The notes under the pieces: model-generated
What the model was told of the DNA's origin: nothing
Seen by the model: the letters and a program-made list of their open reading frames with translations, nothing else
Database searches by the model: none
NCBI GenBank assembly: GCA_903833275.1
Contig: CAILEP010000035.1
Coordinates: 41,602 to 105,601 of the forward strand
Origin: an uncultured Bdellovibrionales bacterium
GTDB lineage: Bacteria; Bdellovibrionota; Bdellovibrionia; Bdellovibrionales; UBA1609
Reading direction: 5' to 3'
DNA: 64,000 nucleotides
Part shown: in pieces, positions 27,171 to 33,090 of the stretch
How the letters are laid out: every line of letters begins with the position of its first letter
Numbering within the stretch: the first letter of the stretch is position 1
Position numbers and translations under genes: made by a program

Positions 27171-27545
27171 GTGGCGACCTTTGTGCATAGATGTGTTGGC
27201 GGTATCGGCACGACGGCTCCGGCCTATAAAGTCGATGTCGTCGGCGACGTGGTCGTGACAAACACTTCGAATTTTTACGTGCGAGACAACGGTGGAACAC
27301 CTCGAAGTATTGCCTCAATCGACGCCTTCAATTCCATGTCGCTTGGATCTGGAACGACGAGCCCTTTAAGAATTGGCGATAACGCCTCTGGCGTAGAAAT
27401 TGGTGGCGTGCCCGGAAATCCTGCCAGCAAGCTCAGCGTTTACGGCAATCAATCCATCGGTGCCGGCTATGCGACGGTAGCGGCGCCGACGAACGGACTT
27501 CTGGTTCAAGGTAATGTTGGAGTTGGCACAACTGCCTGTAGTTAG
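27171..27545 (+). pseudogene. orphan single module of a fibre protein
   Basis: It begins inside the motif ('[18 protein letters not shown]') and ends inside the next motif ('[11 protein letters not shown]'). It has no signal peptide and no N- or C-terminal fibre parts. It is homologous to the motif regions of the 14747-20695 gene. Confidence 0.55.
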
Positions 27546-27653
27546 AACTTCCGATTTCATACTGAAATATCCTAATTTTTCAGATCTGTCGGAAGAATAA
27601 CAAACGAGCCCGCTTCCAAAATCCTAGATCACCGTGATGAAAATTCAGTGGCA

Positions 27654-27848
27654 TCATCGGCTCTCAGGCAGAGGCTTGTCGGAAGGCGCCGTTCGGTGAA
27701 GTTTATGGTTCATTTCGACAAGTGACGGTAGTCCTTGCGAGGCCTTCTCAAGGGCCGCTTTTCGAACGGTTCCATAAAAGTTAGCGGCGGCGCGAGTGCC
27801 GCCCCAAATTCCTACGACGACAAGTACGGCGCTGATAATTTCCTTCAT
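27654..27848 (-). CDS. small membrane protein
   Basis: 64 aa with an N-terminal TM helix. AGGAGGA lies 5 nt upstream of the ATG, which sits 9 nt after the upstream stop. Confidence 0.45.
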   Translation of the reverse strand: MKEIISAVLVVVGIWGGTRAAANFYGTVRKAALEKASQGLPSLVEMNHKLHRTAPSDKPLPESR

Positions 27849-27857
27849 CTGATCCTC

Positions 27858-28334
27858 CTAAAGTTTGTCTTTCCAACGTTTAAAGATATTGAACACGGTT
27901 TTGCTGTCCCACTTCGTTCGGCCGGCTCGGTTTTTCAGACCGCGCCTTGAGAGCTCGCGTGCGACTTCGCTCTTATTTTGTCCTTGTCTTTTGATGAGCT
28001 CGACAACAAGTTTGCAGATGCGTTGCTCGGCCTTGTTAAGCACAAGCTTTCCGTCCTTCACCGCGTGACCATAAGGAATCGATGGGTTGCGGTAATTGTC
28101 GGGGTTACTGGATCGCCCCTTGCCGGTGCCTCCGTGGACGCTCTGGGAACGAAGATGTGAAGTCACAGTGCTACGGGAAACGCCGAACTGCGCGGCAATT
28201 TGCGCCTTCGATTTGCCCTCAAGCTGGTGCAAATCGCGGATTTTAGCTGAATTTAGAAGTTGCGTACAGAGGCAGATTTCAATAAAGTCGCATAGATAAG
28301 GTGTGTTCGTACCGTATTCGGGTTGGCGCACCAA
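27858..28334 (-). CDS. HTH plus 'Recombinase'-domain protein lacking the resolvase catalytic domain (truncated serine-recombinase derivative)
   Basis: HTH 'SKAQIAAQFGVSRSTVTSHL', then 'PYGHAVKDGKLVLNKAEQRICKLVVELIKRQGQNKSEVARELSRRGLKNRAGRTKWDSKTVFNIF', which matches the PF07508-type recombinase domain. There is no catalytic-Ser N-terminal domain, zinc ribbon or coiled coil. The start is TTG/GTG. Confidence 0.6.
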   Translation of the reverse strand: MVRQPEYGTNTPYLCDFIEICLCTQLLNSAKIRDLHQLEGKSKAQIAAQFGVSRSTVTSHLRSQSVHGGTGKGRSSNPDNYRNPSIPYGHAVKDGKLVLNKAEQRICKLVVELIKRQGQNKSEVARELSRRGLKNRAGRTKWDSKTVFNIFKRWKDKL

Positions 28335-28457
28335 AAACTTTCTAATCGCCTTTCATACTTCGTTGCCCCGCCCTCGCTTCGCTGCGACGTGCGATTACGC
28401 ACGCCTCACTTCGCTCGTTCGGTAACGCCTCGTCTGAAAGGCAATTAGAAAGTTTTT
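28333..28457. repeat. 125-bp element bounded by 23-bp terminal inverted repeats (22/23 match)
   Basis: Left arm aaaaactttctaatcgcctttca (28333-28355) and right arm tgaaaggcaattagaaagttttt (28435-28457). A central hairpin cgtgcg-atta-cgcacg lies at 28388-28403, and internal 'ctcgcttcgct' and 'ctcacttcgct' form direct repeats. Confidence 0.8.
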
Positions 28458-28629
28458 AGATTGTGGGGCGCTCAGCTTGCAGGGCTAGTTGCCTATGGCA
28501 TTCGTGGGCCAAAAGTCATGGGTCAAGTTGTCGGAGAAAATGTCAGGCAAGAGGCCAGACAAATACAAGCGGGTGGCGAACTAGGTGGGGTAGAGCACCT
28601 TGAAGGTCATCTCATATTGATCCAAAATG

Positions 28630-28658
28630 TTGACATCAGAGTAAATATGCCGTAAATT
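28630..28658 (+). promoter_or_regulatory. sigma70-type promoter; predicted leaderless transcript for the ATPase gene
   Basis: TTGACA (28630-28635), a 17-nt spacer, then TAAATT (28653-28658). The ATG at 28666 is 7 nt after the -10 box, and there is no Shine-Dalgarno sequence. Confidence 0.5.
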
Positions 28659-28665
28659 TACCCAC

Positions 28666-29817
28666 ATGATAGACAGATTGATAAAGCCCCAATTATTGAA
28701 AGCAGCTAAAAGTGCTCTCTTAATAGGGCCAAGGCAAACGGGTAAATCAACTTTGCTTGGGCAACTTAAGCCTGATTTGACAATTAATTTAGCCGATGAA
28801 AATGAGTTTTTAAGATATTCGGTTGAGGCCAATTTGCTGTCGGAGCAAATTCAATCTAACGCTTACAAGCTTGTTTTAATCGATGAAATTCAGCGTATTC
28901 CAAGTTTAATGAATACGATCCAATTTCTATTAGATGATGCGAAGGTGAGAAAAAAACCTTTACGGTTTTTGCTGTCGGGCTCTAGTGCTAGAAAATTAAA
29001 GCGTGGCCATGCCAATCTGCTACCAGGTCGAGTTTTTTCTTACCAGTTATCCGGTGTCTGTGCGGCTGAGGTTTCGTATAGTCTTGATATAAATCGCTGC
29101 ATGAAATTTGGCTTTCTGCCAGAGCCTTTTTTAGAGAAATCTGAGTTTGATGCGCAAAAACTTCTAGAGAGTTATGGTGCCACCTATTTAAAAGAAGAGA
29201 TTCGGTCTGAAGCGCTATCGAGAAATCTTCAAGGGTTCGCTCGCTTTTTGATGGCAACCGCGAGTGTGGCAGGGCAGGTTGTCGATATGTCTAAAATGGC
29301 TTCTAAATCAAAAGTTTCGAGAAGCAGTGCAGCCCGTTTTTTTGAAATACTTGAAGACACCTTGATTGCTCAACGAATTGCCACCTATGAGGGCGCCGAG
29401 GGTGCCGATATTATAAAACACCCCAAGCTCTATTATTTTGATGTTGGTGTACTCAATGGTCTTCTGAATAACTTTGAGTGCTCAGGTGATCGAAAAGGTT
29501 TGTTATTTGAGCATGTGGTTTATAATCAACTTAGAAATTCGTTTATGGCGCGTGATTTTTCAGTTCAAATTGAATACTTCAGAACCAGACATGGCCTTGA
29601 AATTGATTTTATTGTTAAGGTTAAAAATAAGACTTGGGCTATCGAAGTTAAATCTGGTCATGTCACGGATTCTGATTTGCGGGCCTTAAAAGAATTTAAG
29701 CAATACAAGTCATCGGTTGATCATTTCGCTGTCGTCAGCATTAATGAAAAGAAGCGAATGAAAAATGGCATATTAATTTGTGATTTGCCGACGCTTTTGA
29801 ACGAAATGGGGCTTTAG
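28666..29817 (+). CDS. AAA_14 / DUF4143-family ATPase
   Basis: Walker A 'GPRQTGKSTLL' and Walker B 'LVLIDEIQ', with a C-terminal DUF4143-like region ('YFDVGVLN', 'EIDFIV...WAIEVKSG'). It is visibly AT-richer than its neighbours. Confidence 0.85.
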   Translation: MIDRLIKPQLLKAAKSALLIGPRQTGKSTLLGQLKPDLTINLADENEFLRYSVEANLLSEQIQSNAYKLVLIDEIQRIPSLMNTIQFLLDDAKVRKKPLRFLLSGSSARKLKRGHANLLPGRVFSYQLSGVCAAEVSYSLDINRCMKFGFLPEPFLEKSEFDAQKLLESYGATYLKEEIRSEALSRNLQGFARFLMATASVAGQVVDMSKMASKSKVSRSSAARFFEILEDTLIAQRIATYEGAEGADIIKHPKLYYFDVGVLNGLLNNFECSGDRKGLLFEHVVYNQLRNSFMARDFSVQIEYFRTRHGLEIDFIVKVKNKTWAIEVKSGHVTDSDLRALKEFKQYKSSVDHFAVVSINEKKRMKNGILICDLPTLLNEMGL

Positions 29818-30011
29818 GTCGGCCGCGCCGACCGTGAAAAAACAATTTGCCCCTCTTCGGTCAAAGTGAGTTTTTTCGAGGTAGATCGAATGATTAGTTT
29901 TTTGCCTAAGAAATCTTCAAGGGTCGCGACCTGTAGACTTACGGCAGATTGGGCGATTCTCAGTTCTTCTGCTGCTTTTGTGAAGCTCTTAAGCTTTCCA
30001 ACCGTCCAGAA
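29817..30011 (-). pseudogene. LysR-family regulator fragment (HTH domain only)
   Basis: 'SFTKAAEELRIAQSAVSLQVATLEDFLGKKLIIRSTSKKLTLTEEGQIVF' is the LysR N-terminal wHTH. The first ~8 codons and the whole effector-binding domain are missing. Confidence 0.6.
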
Positions 30012-30018
30012 AACGTTG

Positions 30019-30120
30019 TCTCCGATGGCCATCGCCAGTATAGAGTACGCAATTGCAAACCTGGGTACGAGCCTCATCGTAGTTCTTGGGCACACAAACT
30101 GTGGCGCCGTAAAGGCGGTA
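30019..30120 (+). pseudogene. beta-class carbonic anhydrase internal fragment
   Basis: 'SIEYAIANLGTSLIVVLGHTNCGAVKAV' matches the conserved beta-CA segment around the His/Cys zinc ligands. The upstream CxDxR motif and the C-terminus are absent. Confidence 0.5.
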
Positions 30121-30158
30121 TCGCGGGCAAAAACACGCCCACATTTGTCTATTAGGCA

Positions 30159-30206
30159 TTGGTTCAAATATTGGTTCAAATATTGGTTTAAACATTGGCC
30201 TAAATA
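30159..30206. repeat. 12-bp tandem repeat, 4 copies
   Basis: ttggttcaaata, ttggttcaaata, ttggtttaaaca, ttggcctaaata, then a partial 'tttgg'. It lies 21 nt from the MFS stop codon. Confidence 0.9.
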
Positions 30207-30226
30207 TTTGGCTGGCGATCGTGTCC

Positions 30227-31477
30227 TCACTCCTCATAAAAATTCAGATCATCACCAAAGGTCTCGCGCATTCGATAGGCCGAGTAGAAGGCCATGACGA
30301 TGCAAATCGCGCCGACGAGAGAGGCGCTTTGAATGAGTGTGAAGCCAAAGCGGGGCGATGCGAGCATTTTAAAGGCAAGGGTCAGTGGCACGACCGCCCC
30401 CCGCACGAAATTGGGCACGGTGGTGGTGACTGTTGCGCGTAGGTTTGTGCCAAACTGCTCTGCGGCTGATGTTACGAAAATGGCCCAGTAGCCAGACGCA
30501 AAACCCATGAAAACACAAAGGCCGTAAAAAGCTGTAGAAGTAAAATTATGCCAAGAGCAATAGACGCCGACGCCTACAACAGTGAGGCCTAAAAAAATAA
30601 GCACAACTTTGCGTCTTGAGGCCCACCACTGACTTAAAAGCCCCGAGGCGATGTCGCCAAATGTGAGGCCAACGTAGCAAAATAGAATCGAGTGCCCGGC
30701 CGATACAGAGCCGGTGACACCCAATTCGCGCGTCAGTTCGGGCGCGAAAGTGACTAAGATGCCGATCACGTACCAAATCGGCACGCCGATAAAAATGGCG
30801 TAAAGATAACGCTTAACGCGATCCATGTTTTTAAAAAGCAAACTGATGTCACCACGACGCAAGTGGGTTTGCTTTTGGGCGTGCGCAAAGAGCACAGATT
30901 CGAGAGTGCCGATTCGTAACAAAAGAAGGCCAATGCCGAGGCTGCCGCCGACAAGGTATGAGGTCTTCCAGGTAAAAAGATCGCCAATTGCGCCAGCAAA
31001 TATCGCCCCGCAAATTCCGACTGTCGCCACAATGGTTGTGCCATAGCCGCGCATTTGTCGCGGTAGAATTTCGCTAACCAAAGTAATGGCAGCGCCTAAT
31101 TCGCCGGCGAGCCCGACCCCGGCCAAAAAGCGCAGCGCCGCATATTGAGGCACTGTGGTGACAAAGGCATTTAATATATTGGCGATCGAATAAAGAAATA
31201 TCGAGCCAAACAAAACCGACAGACGGCCTTTTTTATCACCGACGATGCCCCAGACGACCCCTCCAACGAGCATCCCGACCATTTGCATGTTCAGTAGTAA
31301 GACACCGACATCAAGAATTGTGTTTTCTGGCACGCCAATTGATCTTAAGCTGCCGACGCGCACAATACTGAAGAGCACGACGTCATAAATATCTACGAAA
31401 TAGCCCAGCGCTGAAACGATCACAGTTGCATTTAAGAGAAGGCGCCAATTGTGGGGTTTTGTTGTCGAGTTGGTCAT
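30227..31477 (-). CDS. MFS transporter
   Basis: About 12 TM helices, with MFS loop motifs 'GDKKGRL' and 'RFLAGVGLAGE'. The start is set at the Met at 31477. Confidence 0.85.
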   Translation of the reverse strand: MTNSTTKPHNWRLLLNATVIVSALGYFVDIYDVVLFSIVRVGSLRSIGVPENTILDVGVLLLNMQMVGMLVGGVVWGIVGDKKGRLSVLFGSIFLYSIANILNAFVTTVPQYAALRFLAGVGLAGELGAAITLVSEILPRQMRGYGTTIVATVGICGAIFAGAIGDLFTWKTSYLVGGSLGIGLLLLRIGTLESVLFAHAQKQTHLRRGDISLLFKNMDRVKRYLYAIFIGVPIWYVIGILVTFAPELTRELGVTGSVSAGHSILFCYVGLTFGDIASGLLSQWWASRRKVVLIFLGLTVVGVGVYCSWHNFTSTAFYGLCVFMGFASGYWAIFVTSAAEQFGTNLRATVTTTVPNFVRGAVVPLTLAFKMLASPRFGFTLIQSASLVGAICIVMAFYSAYRMRETFGDDLNFYEE

Positions 31478-31634
31478 CGGCCAAGTAGAGCACACGCCTG
31501 TCGCGCTGAGCAATTAATAGTGTGTGCTGGGCCAAATAATTTTTTGGGCCACCTATAAATAGTTTTGGCAATCGTGACGACAAGAAACTATCAGCCCGGC
31601 GATTTCAGTCAGGCTCGAAATAAAAGGAGACTCA

Positions 31635-32033
31635 ATGAAAAGTAAGTCGATTAAGCACGGGCCCAACCGTTTCAAAATGTATCTAAAGGCCGCGGGCAAA
31701 GGCTATGAAGTTGGATTTTTGAGCGGCTCAAAATCACTCTTTGTGGGTAACTTTGTAAATGCTGCCGAAGCCCAAACTTGGTTTGTTATGATGGGCAAAG
31801 AATTTTCGCGATTTTCAAAGAAATTCTGGGCGAAACCACTAAAAGCCAACGCGTTCTATTATAAATTTATCACTAACAACCTCTACAAGCACTACTACGA
31901 TTATCTCGACAAGTGCTTTGGTAAATACACTCGTAGTTATCATAAAGAATTTAATCGTGATGTGAAGGTCTACAATCGGCTTAAGAAAGACTGGCCCCAC
32001 AAAGACATCCATTACAGCCGTAAAGTCGCTTAA
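31635..32033 (+). CDS. hypothetical basic, aromatic-rich protein
   Basis: 132 aa, preceded by AAGGAG and followed by a clean terminator. Rich in Lys/Tyr/Phe. I did not recognise a confident family. Confidence 0.55.
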   Translation: MKSKSIKHGPNRFKMYLKAAGKGYEVGFLSGSKSLFVGNFVNAAEAQTWFVMMGKEFSRFSKKFWAKPLKANAFYYKFITNNLYKHYYDYLDKCFGKYTRSYHKEFNRDVKVYNRLKKDWPHKDIHYSRKVA

Positions 32034-32077
32034 TAGACAAAGCTTAACTGGCTTCTTGGCCTAGTTGGTAATCTAAG

Positions 32078-32111
32078 ATCGGCGTCTTTAGCAAGGCGCC
32101 GATTGTTTTTT
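32078..32111 (+). terminator. rho-independent terminator
   Basis: Stem atcggcgtc (32078-32086) / ggcgccgat (32095-32103) with one G-U pair, an 8-nt loop, then tgtttttt. Confidence 0.8.
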
Positions 32112-32138
32112 AGCAGATTCGTCTTCATAATCTAACTT

Positions 32139-32960
32139 ATGCGATTTCTATTTTGGTTTACTCTCGCCCTTCTTTCGATTGCCGCTTACTTTTTCTTCTT
32201 TGGGGCTGATCAGGGGATACAGCTGGCCTCAGGTTATTTTATCGAGCTCGCCTTGAGTGTCGATAATCTTGTTATTATTTATATGGTGTTCAGTTCGTTG
32301 AAAGTGAAGCCTGAAGACCAGCAGCGTGTGCTCTTTTGGGGCATCTTGATTGCGGCGGTAGCTCGCATTGCGTTTATAGTGGGTGGGCTCGAGTTACTGA
32401 GTCATTTTCATTTCGTTATTTACATCTTTGCCGGTATTTTGCAGTTGAGCGCATTTCAGGTTCTTTGGGATTGGCTTAAGGGTGACCGCGCTGAGCTTGA
32501 GCAACGCGAGGGGCGCATCCTTGGCTTTCTAAAGAGGCATTTGCGTTACGATTCGACCTACAAAGGGCATGCGTTTTTTATCAGTCGAGATGGCAAGCTT
32601 TGGGTGACCACTGGATTTATCGCCTTAATTCTTGTTGAGATTAGCGACCTAATCTTTGCCGTCGATTCGGTGCCAGCTGTTCTCGCGGTCACGCGCGACC
32701 CAGTGATTGCGGTGCTTTCAAACATCTTGGCGATTTTCGGTTTGCGCTCACTTTACTCGTTAATAGCAAAAAAGCTTGAATCGTGGCGTTTTCTTAAGCC
32801 GAGTTTAGTTTTCGTGCTGAGCTTCGTGGCGCTCAAGATGGCCGCGGCAGACTCCTTCGAGATCTCGGCGCTCACATCACTCTTCGTCGTCTTGGCCACA
32901 CTCTCAGTGGGGGCGTTGGCGAGTTGGCTTTGGCCCCACAAGAAGCCTCACCGGCAATAG
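32139..32960 (+). CDS. TerC-family integral membrane protein
   Basis: 'YFIELALSVDNLVIIYMVF' and a second 'ISDLIFAVDSVPAVLAVT' half-repeat typical of TerC/Alx. Confidence 0.85.
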   Translation: MRFLFWFTLALLSIAAYFFFFGADQGIQLASGYFIELALSVDNLVIIYMVFSSLKVKPEDQQRVLFWGILIAAVARIAFIVGGLELLSHFHFVIYIFAGILQLSAFQVLWDWLKGDRAELEQREGRILGFLKRHLRYDSTYKGHAFFISRDGKLWVTTGFIALILVEISDLIFAVDSVPAVLAVTRDPVIAVLSNILAIFGLRSLYSLIAKKLESWRFLKPSLVFVLSFVALKMAAADSFEISALTSLFVVLATLSVGALASWLWPHKKPHRQ

Positions 32961-33024
32961 GTGCGGTTAGGCCCGCATCAAGTTCAAGTTCTTCGTAAAA
33001 ATATTTCAAAAAACGCCGTCAGTA

Positions 33025-33053
33025 TTGACACTTAACGTGCCGCATTCTAAAAA
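33025..33053 (+). promoter_or_regulatory. sigma70-type promoter candidate for the giant AAA+/protease gene
   Basis: TTGACA (33025-33030), a 17-nt spacer, then TAAAAA (33048-33053). The ORF-track TTG 'start' is this -35 box. The real ATG at 33091 is preceded by AAAGGGG. Confidence 0.45.
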
Positions 33054-33090
33054 TCGGGCTCTCGTTAATATCTTAGAAAAGGGGCCTTGG

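Larger units (their letters stand above)
14280..30226. mobile_element. tRNA-Arg-adjacent accessory region / degraded genomic island (~16 kb)
   Basis: It begins at the tRNA 3' end. It contains recombinase remnants, a broken AbiE module, gene fragments (LysR HTH, beta-CA, fibre module), compositional heterogeneity and short repeats. Core-type genes flank it (queF on one side, MFS on the other). No intact integrase is present. Confidence 0.45.

Noticed and set aside
28303-28333. Partial tRNA 3' half (pseudo-att) ending in gcgcacca
   Set aside because: A T-arm cannot be folded properly. Only wobble pairs form, and there are 5 extra nt before the acceptor strand. Apart from the 8-nt terminus, identity to the tRNA-Arg 3' half is near random. 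I kept it only as a short-repeat observation.
30159-30206. CRISPR-like or minisatellite array
   Set aside because: The repeats are 12-bp head-to-tail units with no spacers and only 4 copies, and no cas genes are present in the window. I recorded it as a simple tandem repeat.
29814-30297. 138-aa (minus) and 143-aa (plus) ORFs as real genes
   Set aside because: Each is a chimera. A genuine fragment (LysR HTH or beta-CA segment) reads through into the antisense of the other fragment and into the 12-bp tandem repeat (LNQYLNQYLNQ / WFKYWFKYWFKH).
32034-32138. yybP-ykoY (Mn2+) riboswitch expected upstream of a TerC-family gene
   Set aside because: The 105-nt spacer is almost entirely taken up by the terminator of the upstream gene. 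It lacks the conserved GGGGAGUAG-type core and four-way junction length.
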